From the NCBI RefSeq assembly GCF_004010195.1, contig NC_057719.1, forward strand, positions 19,276,684-19,328,255: 51,572 nt of DNA. Direction: 5' to 3'. Every line of letters begins with the position of its first letter. The stretch's first letter is position 1. The position numbers were made by a program, and so were the translations under genes. Of the stretch, positions 11,594 to 22,672 are shown in pieces. The DNA comes from Chiloscyllium plagiosum (Eukaryota). Under the pieces are notes generated by a model. The model saw only the letters and a program-made list of their open reading frames with translations. It was not told the origin of the DNA and ran no database searches.

Positions 11594-12146
11594 GAATAAA
11601 GAACAAAGAAGATTTACAGCCCAGGAACAGGCCCTTCGGCCCTTCAAGCCTGAGCTGATCCAAATGTACTGTCTAAACCTGTCAGTCAATTCCTAAGCAT
11701 TTGTATCCCTCTGCTCCCCATCTACTCATGCATCTGTCCAGACGCATCTTAAATGAATCTACAGTGCCTGCCTCTACCACCTCTGCTGGCAACATGTTCC
11801 AAACGCCCACCACCCTCTGTGTGACGTACTTGCCGCGTGTATCCCCCCTTAAACTTTGCACCTCTCATCTTGAAAGCATGACCTCTGGTTATTGAATCCT
11901 TCACCCTGGGAAAAAGTTTGCCTCTATCCACCCTGTCTGTACCCTTCATGATTTTGTAAACCTCACTCAGGTTCCTCCCCAATCTCCTTTTTTCTAGTGA
12001 AAATAAACCGAACCTGCTCAACCTCTCTTCATAGCTAGCACCTTCCATACCAGGCAACATCCTCGTAAACCTTCTCTGCATCCTCTCCAAAGCATCCACA
12101 TCCTTTTGGTAATGTGGCGACCAGAACTGTACACAGTATTCTAATT
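11594..12146 (-). mobile_element. CR1 LINE 3' fragment
   Basis: ORF 11749-12150 LEYCVQFWSPHYQKDV...; (aagaacaa)-type tail. Confidence 0.93.
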
Positions 12147-12430
12147 GCAAAACTTTCAGTAGTTTTAGTTCAACTTTCAGGAGTTATTGGGGTTTTGAAG
12201 TTGTCTGTGGAAGCTGTTATACATTTTTCTCAGCCACAGCAAAAATCTGGAGTCCTCCCTCTCTCTGTCAGAATTTTCTTCTGGCATTCTTTTCTCCTGC
12301 ACTGGAGAAACGTCACATGTCAATCTATTGTTCTGGTATTGCCTTTGCCAAGACTGTGTTTGTGTGATGTTACTACATTCAAACAGTTGCTGTTTAGTCG
12401 TTAAATAATCTATTATTCTAAGTTTTCTAA

Positions 12431-12721
12431 TAGATTAGATTTCCTTCAGTGTGGAAACAGGCCCTTCGACCCAACCAGTCCACACCAATCCTCCAAAGAG
12501 TAACCCACCCAGACCGATTACCCTCTGACTAATGCGCCTAGTACTATGGGCAATTTAGCATGGCCAAATAACCTACACATCTTTGGATTGTGGAAGGAAA
12601 CCCACGCAGGCACAGGGTGAATGTGCAAACTCCACACAGATAGTCGCCCATGGCTGGAATCTAACCTGGGATCCTAGTGCTGTGAAGCAGCAGTGCTAAC
12701 CACTGAGCCACCATGCTGCCC
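12431..12721 (-). mobile_element. HE1 SINE
   Basis: (agatt)n tail and tRNA head rc ggcagcatggtggctcagtggttagc. Confidence 0.92.
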
Positions 12722-15484
12722 TGTAATACAGTTGAAGTTTTATCAATTCTTCTTTTTTTTTCTTCCTTTAACTTGGTGTAAGAATAAAGTGTGTTTTGCT
12801 TAAAGTCAAGTAGCACGAACAATTAAATTATATCTGGAACACAACACTTTACACTTGTCTTTAAATAAGATAAAAATTAGGGTCGAGACTATCTCCTTGA
12901 CATATTTAAAGGGGGCTTGGTATGGATCATAACAAATTTGGAACGCAAACAGATCAGTCATGATCTTATTAAATAGTCGAGCAGGCTCAAGGAGCCAAAT
13001 GTCCTACTTCTGCTCTTAGTTCATTTGTTTAGATATAATTAAGGATTGGTAAATAATATTTCCCTTGATCACAATGTTGATATCCTCTGAAAGAAATTTT
13101 AACAAGTCAGCTGTTAGGGATTCAAGTCACACTTCTGCATAGAATAAAGGCTGAGAATTTAGATCAAAGGAAGTGCTTTACTGCACAAAGTGCTGAATTA
13201 TAAGTGGTATGATGAACCAAGACTCTGCCGGCCCTTTCAATTGTGTGAAAAAAAATTCAAGAGCATGTTTCAAGGAAGACTAGATAAGTTTTCATATCCC
13301 GACTAACATTTGGAATCATAGAATCATTGAATACCTAAAGTTATTCCTCAATCAATACATACAAAACAGGTCATCTGGCTATTTGTCATGCAATTTATGT
13401 GATTTTGCTGTGAGTAAATTGAGGCCTAGGTTTCTCTCCATTACACCAGGTGACTATAGGTCAAAATACTTAATCGTCTGTAATTTCTTTTGTCCTGATC
13501 ATAAAGGAATTATGCCATTGTAAGATTTTGCTTAGAAAAACTTTGTTAAAACATTGCATTTCAGTAAAGTTAACCAAGCATTTTCCATTTTATTGAGGTT
13601 CAAATCAACAGCCTTAATTATGAAGCTATTGAAAATTGATCAAGATCACATCTACTGTATTTTGAGTCTAAGGTGACAAAACTGTTGAAAATAGAAATGA
13701 ATGAATTATTCATTGCTAATACTGCTGTGGTTTTATATTACTGTACTGACTGGTTTATTTGCTTTGAGACAGTATGGCCATTGTGAATAATTATTAGCTT
13801 TTGATATATCTATATGTTCGTAGTACATCAAGAATAAGTTTAGGGAATTAGGGTTAGAGATTTCTATTGTGTTCATCTTAAATAAAATCGTGTCACTGTC
13901 ATCCTGCTAACTTTATTTTTTGTGTTTCTTTACAAAACTCAAATTATGAGTTACTTAAGAAGCAAATAACAACATTTTGTGATAGATGCTTCTTCTGTGC
14001 CTGTAGCATGTCAGTCCACGATTTGAAGCACAGTTAGTTTGGGGTATATTTCAATTAATATGCTATTATTAAAGTAAATTAATCAGGGACCACAGATATG
14101 TGCCATAAATTTCCAGTGGAGAGGGTCTCAAAATTATCGACAAAGTGCATGACTTGCCGAATTGTCTTAGGGTGGATGAGTGTGTGGAAAAATTAAATTT
14201 TACTTGCACTGTCTATTATGTTAACAGAAAACCATATGAGGAACTTTGGACCCCCTATTGCATTAGGCCATAATCTCACATTCTTGAGTGGTTATGTGTT
14301 GATTTCTTTAATTTATTTGTGCTACAAACAACATTTTGTTGCGGGACAGCAAGTTAAATAAGCAGCAACCATGTGTAACTAGAGTCACAAGCAGCACCAT
14401 TAATGTTTTTAATTTATTTCTATATTATTATGATGAGTGTTTGAATACCCTGGAGAATTAGGGTTTTGAATGTCCAGCACACAATTAGTCACATTGGTTG
14501 TTGTAGCTTGTTTGCTCACTGTAATGTTCCATTATATTCTGTGCTTGTACCAAACATCCTCAGGAAAAACCAACAGATTTTTGTAATGCTAATAGAGCAG
14601 TGTTCTCAAACTGGCATCCGTGGAGAGTTTCCAAAACTCTGTGAAATAGCATGCTGCAATGGGATAAATTGGACACATGCTTTGTCCCAGTTACCAGCGG
14701 TGTCCCGTTGGTAGGAATGTTATGCACCAGGCAGCATCCTTGTGGTATTCCAGTTCAGGCACTCTACAAACATCAGAGAGGAAGGAAAAACCCTGTTACA
14801 TATAGCAGTTGTGCAGTGAGAAAGTGGTCAATGGAGGGGACGCAGAGTTTAATCACACTTCAGGAAGGCAGGGAGGTTCAACGCAATGAATTATTCAATC
14901 AACATGTTGCTGAATGTGGAGACTAAGGGAAGGTGGAATTTTTCACATCAACAAAATATCAGTGTTCACAATATTGGACAATATTATTCAGATTCTGTTA
15001 AATTCCTTTAACCAGGCACTGATAAACTTCATGTAAATGTGCAAAGTATTTATAGTATAATAATTTAGATTGAGGGAGAGGGTATGATCAGTAATTAAAT
15101 ACCTATTTGAAAAGAATGCCTTCAATAAAGTTTGGAGGCCTCACGTCAGAAAAGATTAACCGTGATCACAGTCGACAAGGAAGCCACTGGAGGATTTAGC
15201 AATGGGTACGGGAGTCCTGGGCTAAAGCTATTTGAAACAGAGAAGTACAAGGATTTTACTGAAGGTTGGATATAGGGTAACAATTAGAGAGAACAAAGGA
15301 ATTGTAGGAGGTTTATTTGATGAAAGAACTTAACCACAGTTAGAAAGGTGTGAGAACAGTGATTTGATAGGAAGCAATTGTTGATGTTAGCAATCATAAG
15401 AATGGTAATTGTGAAACTAGGATTTGGTACTGTGTAAGTTGAGGACCCAGGAAGTGAGTTTCATACAAGGATGAGGCACAATGA

Positions 15485-15694
15485 AGTGGAGTGCAGTGGA
15501 AGCCGGGACGCTAAATGTCTTTAAGGCCGAGATTGATAGATTCTTGTTGTCTAGAGGAATTAAGGGCTACGGGGAGAACGCTGGTAATTGGAGCTGAAGT
15601 GCGCATCAGCCATGATTGAATGGCGGAGTGGACTCGATGGGCCGAATGGCCTTACTTCCACTCCTATGTCTTATGGTCTTATGGTCTTATGGTC
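15485..15694 (+). mobile_element. CR1 3' end with (cttatggt)n tail
   Basis: gggccgaatggccttacttccactcctatgtcttatggtcttatggtcttatggtct. Confidence 0.85.
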
Positions 15695-17324
15695 TAAACT
15701 AAACATTCTAACTGGAGTAAGGAGAGAATTTGAGGAAGAGAGCATCGGCATCATTACAAAGGCTGAGATAGCTGGGTAGATGCTTTCAACCATCAAGCCA
15801 AAAATGTGCATCAATATCAGAGACAGATGGAAAGGAAGAAGATCGGAAAGGTTTCCTAAAGAAAGCCAGGTAGAAGCTGTACCTGTGCAAGGGAAAGCAA
15901 CAGTGTGTGTTTCTACTTTTGGAGATCTAATGGCAGTAATGCTGTAGATAATTCACTACACAGTCAACTGGAGGACTCAGGTATGTAGGTTAACTTTGTG
16001 TTTATTCAAACAATCTTAGTCTTAGACTGGCTAAACAGTATTCTGTCTGACATGGTGTCTTGGCTCTGTCCCATGTCTGTCTGATATCTGTCCCATGTCT
16101 CTCTGATATATAGAGAAAATCATCAACCTTTGCACCCCTGCAATCAGATATGTAAACATTGTGAACAATTTATTCTTATACAATAAGGAGAAATATTCTA
16201 CCCTAAATCCTTCTTTTATCCTGTCTACAAGATTATTTTTGTACTCCCCAATTAGCTCTGAAGGCTGAAACAGGCCTGAGTGTATAGAGGTTCCTCTTCA
16301 GTCATTTCTGTTGATGTGCACTCATGGGGTAATGTCTTATAAGTGGGATAGCAGCAGTAAAGAAACAGCAGCAATGTGTGAATTGAAGGACCTGAGAGGA
16401 GAAAGGAACCATCACCATACTCTGGAACTAACTGATTGACTTTGGTCTATTGTCCAGCATTCAAATGTCCCACTCAGTTTCAGTGTAAAAAAAAAACTGT
16501 CCTCTTTAATGATTAAAAAAAACTCAGCCCATACAAAGCTCCTTGGACTGGAGTTAGACAAGCTCTTGACTGACTGTGACCATAACCCCTGTCTGACCAT
16601 AGTCCTCCTTGACCCCATTAAGACTGCTCCCCTTTGAATTTCAAACATCGTAATTTGCTTGAATAACATGCCATGTGTTTCCCATGTAAACTACTGGCAC
16701 ATGCTGCAGCTCCACCTGCTTGACAGCTCAGTGCTCCCCATCATGCCTCTCAGTCTCTCTGTAGAAAAACAATTGCAAGCCAGAGTCTGGCAGCCTATAA
16801 CTAAGCACAGAAGAATCTGTGTCCTAAAAAGCAATGCAAGTCACAGAGATTGGCAGCCTCCAATTAAGTGTGAACTGAGAGCACTAACACAGTAACAAAG
16901 CAAGCCAAGATCCATAAAATTCATCCTGTGCAGTTGCATGAGTTTAATGTGTGTTCCTGTGGGCAAAGTGTCCTGGCAGAAGTGTGTAAGTCATAGGTGC
17001 CTCTGAACTCCAAATTAAAGTGCGAAGGAGTTGGAATGATGTGAAAGTTAGTTCAAGAGTGGTCATTGTGATGTGGTGAAGCATTGCCAACATATATGGA
17101 TGTATGATTGAGGGGGAATCGTGGCATTGGAGCTTGTGGGGCAGTGTACGACATAAACTGCTGGAAGATGGCCGGTGCAAGAAATCAGTGAATCACACCT
17201 ACCTAACCCTAACCCATTTTGACTTTGTATCAGGAATATGTGGCATCTAGTTTTTCAGGAAAGGAAAAGAGATTTAGAAATGGTGAAGAAATAAATGGAA
17301 GTCGGGCTGGTAATGAGATGTAAA

Positions 17325-17688
17325 TGAGGGATTATCTGAGAGAAATTTACAAAATTATGAGAAGCATGGATAGAATTGCTAGAGTCTTTGTTCCCAAATT
17401 AGAGATGTCATTTTACTAGGAGATATAGGTTTAAGGTAAAAACAGTTAAGTTTAAAGTAGATGTGAGAAGCATATTTTTTCACACAGAGGGTGTTAAATG
17501 CCTACAATGCATCACCAGAAGAGGTAGTGGAGGCAGATGCAATAGTAACATTTAAGAGGCATCTTGACAGTTATATGAATGGAGGGATATGGACAGTGTA
17601 GAGGCAAAAGGTTTTTAGTTTAAAAAGGCATCATGTGTCAGCACAGTCTTGTTAGGCCAAAGGGCCTGTTCTTTGCATTTTGTTCAAA
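17325..17688 (+). mobile_element. CR1 3' fragment
   Basis: Homologous to the other CR1 3' ends (ttcacacagagggtg...tttaagaggcatct). Confidence 0.85.
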
Positions 17689-18369
17689 TACAATGGAAAC
17701 AAGTTAGAGACTGTTTACTGGTGAGATTCTGAAGTCATCATTTAAAACCTAAGGATAAAATTGCAAAACTTCTTCCCAATGCCAAGATGCTAACGTTTTT
17801 CATTTTCATATATTTTCTCAACTTTCTTTCCATTTCCCACACCACACCAGGGAAAGGAAAATTTCACCCATAATATTTTTCTAATGAAATAAAAACAATA
17901 TCAACAGACAAGGAATCAACACTGAATTGCTCTGAAAAATATAAATAAGCATTTAAACATATGGTAAAACAGTATGCAATCTCAAAGCTACACTACAGTG
18001 CTGTAAAACACTGAAAAATTATAATACATACAATCATCATAAAATTAAAATCCATCTTGTGCATTAAGATCTTCTGTGTACCACCACATCAACTAAACCT
18101 CCATTTAGAATGTGATAAATAAATATTATAATGAGACTTGTATAATCAAAGTAATAACTGTTAACTCTGCATCAAATATTTTTTCATAATAACAACATTG
18201 CAAAACTGCGGGAATTATGTGGAATCCTGACAAAGGGTATTGGTGGTACAGCGATTCAATTAAGTACTCTTAACCTTTGTGTCCTTTGTTTCAGCTCTAT
18301 CAGAATGTTCGGACAGTTTCTTTCTGTGCGGTAACAGGAATGTGCTGTTTTTGGGCATTTTCTTTTCAG

Positions 18370-18740
18370 GCTAATGGGTCATTTTCTCCAGGAATTCTTT
18401 CTCCTGTCCTTCCCTTTGTACTTTTGAAGTACCTTCACTCCTCAAACTCTGGTCTCTTGTGCATTTCCAAGTATAACAACTCCGTCATTTGTGTCTGTGC
18501 CTTCAGTTACTTGGGCCGTAGACTCTGGACCTCTTTCCCCACACATTTTCTCTTTCTGGCTCATTTTTCTCTTTGAAATATTTTCTTAAATCATAACACT
18601 TTATCCAAGCTTTTGATTCTCTGACCTAAGACCTCCTGACATGGCTCTGTGGCATACTTTGCTTTGTATATTCCCCTGTGAAGCCATTCGGACTCTTTTG
18701 TTACATTAAAGGCACTGTATAAATATAAATTGTTGTTGTA
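18370..18740 (+). mobile_element. L2-type LINE 3' end
   Basis: tgtgccttcagt...ctctgg...; tail cctgtgaagc...ttacattaaaggcactgtataaatataaattgttgttgt. Confidence 0.6.
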
Positions 18741-19036
18741 ACCAATTTTCTCCTCCCTAACTGAGGGGTGTTATGGACAGTAATTGTGTACTTGCTGCTT
18801 ACCTTTTCACGGATTGCACCTTGATACAGCTTGCATGTTCCATTCATCCCAAGCGTGATGCTACTAGGAGTCCTAGCAGGGCCACCTATAATGGTAATGT
18901 CAGAGGACAGGAACCAGACAAAGTGCAAGTCCTCAGTGGTGATCCAGGTGGAAGATACTCATCTAATAGCAACAGCTATAACCCGGCAGATGAAGTTTGC
19001 AGTAGTAGCGAGATCCCCATTTACCGAAGCGATCGA

Positions 19037-19367
19037 CACTACTGTCTCACAGCACCAGTGGCCTGGGATCGATTCCACCCATGAGCCGCTGTCTGTGTAG
19101 ATTTTGCACATTCCCCCCATGTCTGCATGGATTTTCTCTGGGTGCTCCAGTTTCCTCCCATACCCCCAAAAATGTGCATGTTAGGTGGATTGGCCCTACT
19201 AAATTGCCCATAGTGAACAGGATGTGCAGGCTAGGTGCATTAGTGATGGGAATTGCAGGGTTATAGGGATAAGATAGGGGGGGAGGTCTGTGTGGATTTC
19301 TCTTTGGAGGGTTTGTATTGACTTGATGGGCTGAATAGTCTGCTTGTACACTGTAGGGATTCTATTC
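19037..19367 (+). mobile_element. HE1-family SINE, diverged
   Basis: gtctgtgtagattttgcacattcccccc...ctaaattgcccatagtg...ctgtagggattctattc. Confidence 0.85.
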
Positions 19368-19384
19368 AAAGAAGTTCCCTGGAT

Positions 19385-19556
19385 TTATTTTTGTTTGTTC
19401 AAGGGAGGAGAACATTGCTGGCTAGGCCAGCATTTATTGCCCATCCCTAGTTGCCCAGAGGGCAGTTAAGAGCCAACCACATTGCTGTGGGTCTGGAGTC
19501 ACAGGTAGCCCAGACCAAGTAAGGATGGTAGTTTCCTTCCATGAAGAACATTATTG
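19385..19556 (-). mobile_element. SINE fragment (same family as 3319)
   Basis: gctggctaggccagcatttattgcccatccctagttgcccagagggcagttaagag. Confidence 0.75.
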
Positions 19557-20097
19557 GATCTGCCTTCTGTCAAAGACCATGTATTTGCTGACGTTCAAAT
19601 AGCATTCCCATGTAAAAACATGTCCTGCACAAGGCATCTACTTAGAGGAACACCCCTTGGCAGGAGGAGTAACTGAAAAGGAACTAGAAAAAGGAATGCC
19701 AGTGACATCAAGGCTATGGCCTAAGTCAATCTCCTGGAAATCATCTTCCAAATATGTGATGCAGCTCTAGCATTGATCTCGTCAGCCACACAAGGACCCA
19801 TAAAACCAATGACACGGAATTTCCTAGGTGGACGATAATACTCATCAATGATTGATTATCATCACTGCTGACTTCTGGCCTAGCTCTTCTCTTCTTTTCT
19901 GGCCATTGTCTTATACCTCTTGGATCATATGAGCTAATTCTTCATAAACTCTAGATCAAATCTGGAATTTCCCTTCCTTTAGGATTTTGGTTATGGACTG
20001 GATAACCTCTCAGAGGACCCTGAGTTTGTCTGATCTTAAATTCATATGGAAGATAGCACAAAGTTGCCCTGAAAACAGGCACTAAGTTAGCAATGTC

Positions 20098-20452
20098 AGA
20101 ATAATGGGGGCAATAAGTAAGGTGTATAGCAAGGGTCTTTTCCGTAGGGCCGGGGAATTCAAAACTAGGGACCATTTTTTAATGTGAAAGGAGAATTTTT
20201 TTTTTAAAATGTGGGGCAACTTCCTATACACAGAGTGGTTTATATGTGGAATGGACTGTTGGAGGAAGTGGTGATGCGAATACAATTAAGACATTTACAA
20301 GACATTTGGATAAGTTCATGAAAAGGAAGGGTTTGGTGGGATACAGGACAAACACAGACAAGTGGGACTAGTTTAGTTTTGGAATATGGTTTGCATAGAT
20401 TAGTTGGACCAAAGAGTCTGGTTCCATGCTGTACAACTCTATGAGTCTACGA
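20098..20452 (+). mobile_element. CR1 3' fragment
   Basis: Similar to 9380-9730; ctctatga tail. Confidence 0.85.
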
Positions 20453-22147
20453 CATAACTTCCATAAGGCTAACCAATTTGACATGGTAAGTGACATTCTT
20501 CTGAAGAATTACAGCAGCTTTACACAACTTGTATAGCAATTTTCATTCTGAATCAATGCCATGCTGTACCTGACCACGGAATGTTGATGTGGAAACTCTG
20601 TGGAATTAAAAAGAAACATCCTCCAGCATGAGCATTCCTCCTAGTCCATGATCAGCAGTGATGGTGTTCCATTCTGTGCAATTTGTAGCAATGTGCACTC
20701 AGGGATTTGAGATCTAGAAACCCATAATATAAGGCTGAACAACTTTGATTTCAAAAGTCTTATGGTTTCATGGTGTATAAAACAATTTCATAGCCAGCAT
20801 TAAATAGTTTAGAGATTAAATAATTTAGAAAATTAATCAGAAACCAATTTGCTTAATTTATTCACCTATAAATCTGGGCATTTATTAATTTATTAATTCA
20901 GTACAATTAAATCAAAACTCAGTGTACTAATTGATAAATATGCATATTTGTAAATTAATTTCTAAATTAAAGTATTCCCAATTACTCTCATCCTCATTAT
21001 ATAATTTTAGTTATAAGTCTATCTTTGTTATAAGACCATTGGAGCTTAGCGCACAATTATTTTACAAGATGATTTTATGCTATGTAATGGAACGTTTACT
21101 ATGGCATCATAAGGGAAAAATGCTTGACTCCCAAATTGCACAAAATTACACTATTACTGAATGTTGGCTGAACATTGAACCAAGTTCCATTTTTCTAACT
21201 TTCTTTAAATACTGACTCAGAAGTTCCTTAAGAAAGATGAGAAGATAACATTCCTGTTTTGCAGCTGTTCCCATACAGCAACACTCATGAATTATTAAAG
21301 AAAAGAAAGAGACTCATGTTTATGGACTAAAGGGAACTTCCAACCAAATCATTCCATTTGCATGGTGTATCTCAGTTTTCTCATAAAATGTATTTCTAAA
21401 TTAAATGTATAATTAAGGTTGTGGTCCCCTTGTGAGTGTGTAATGTACTGTAATGAAAGGAATTACTCCAATGCTGGGGTTTACTTTAGCTCCCCTTGAT
21501 AGGATTGTTAACGTAACAATATAATCAGGGTATGTTATGAAAGTAATGGACTAATTAGTTTGTTGAGGTAATCTGCTACAGCAGAGATTCACAATACCTT
21601 TTCTTTCCTACTGAAATCAATAGAAATTGTTAATATGTACAATGTAATGTATCATGCAACTTTGCTGCTCTTTTATTGCTTGCTTTGAGCAGAATATATA
21701 TTTTATCCTCAACATGCATTAAATTGTCATTAAGTTAGAAAAACTTAGAATTGTCTTTCTTTTTAAGTTTTACTTTTCATATGCATTCACCATCATGGTG
21801 AAATGAACAGACTTAGGGAATGTGACCTTCAAAACAATGTTAGACTTTACAGAAACTAATGAGAAATGGAATTTGATTATCTCAGCTACTCTAATATAAC
21901 ACTGTTGCATGTGATGCTTTGGAAATGTTCATAACATAGAGGTACTTCGGCCACCTGATAATTGTGCTAATTTTGTATTCCTTTCTTGATCACCTAATTT
22001 GAAGTCTTCACTTGTAGTTTTACTGGTAGGCATTATCAGCCCTGCAAATTACTGATCCTACTACCAAAAGAATGTCAACTATAAGTTATTCTAGCTCATT
22101 TCTTGGGGGTGAGCCAGGCTGCAAACCAATGTATTGAATTAAAAAAA

Positions 22148-22626
22148 AAGAACTGCAGATGCTGGAAATCAGAAACAAAACAGAAATTACTGGGAAAATA
22201 ATTGCTGGGAAGCTTTATCTAACACCTCATTTTCTGTTTGGGAACTCAACAGCCTTCTGGACTTAAAATTGAATTCATAAATTGTGGGGCTTGAGACGCC
22301 TTCTCCCCTTTATTTAGCATAACCTCCTCATTCTATGCCTTGTCATCACTTGGGCTGCTACCACACACAACCCATTGACAGCTACTAACAGACCCCATTA
22401 ACAGCTACTCATTCCCCCAGACTGACTTTTACCCACTCCTTTGTCCCACTGTGTTTCTCTCTGTTCGGGCTTTGTTTCCACCTATCGTTTACTCTCCCCA
22501 CCCCATGTTCTGCATAAATACAAGCATTTTCTGAAGAAGGGTTACTGCACCCAAAATGATAACTCTAATTTATTTCCACAGATGCTGCCAGACCTGCACA
22601 GTTTCTGAGCAACTTATGTTTTTGAT
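22148..22626 (+). mobile_element. Penelope-like element (family 3): inverted terminus plus direct 3' region with decayed hammerhead at 22531-22560
   Basis: 22150-22210 is the reverse complement of the family terminus; a fragment resembling the GIY-YIG C-terminus (cacctcattttctgtttgggaactcaacagcc) precedes ctgaagaagggttactgcacccaaaa. Confidence 0.65.
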
Positions 22627-22672
22627 ATATTGAGGCTTTCCAGCTGTTTACACAAACTGTTAATGTTGCATT

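Larger units (their letters stand above)
11495..12934 (+). mobile_element. Possible solo LTR (TGT...ACA), itself interrupted by CR1 and HE1
   Basis: Cleanly interrupts a CR1; ends tgtgag...ataaca; flanks aagt/aatt (3/4 match); AATAAA at about 12783. Confidence 0.4.
10335..13030 (+). mobile_element. Old CR1 LINE (10335-11494, tail 12935-13030), interrupted
   Basis: Decayed RT sequence (tattgtgtacagttttggtctccttat); the 3' UTR resumes at 12935. Confidence 0.75.

Noticed and set aside
16066..16110. 22-bp tandem duplicate tgtcccatgtctgtctgatatc
   Set aside because: Two copies only; ordinary slippage with no spacer structure, not CRISPR-like.
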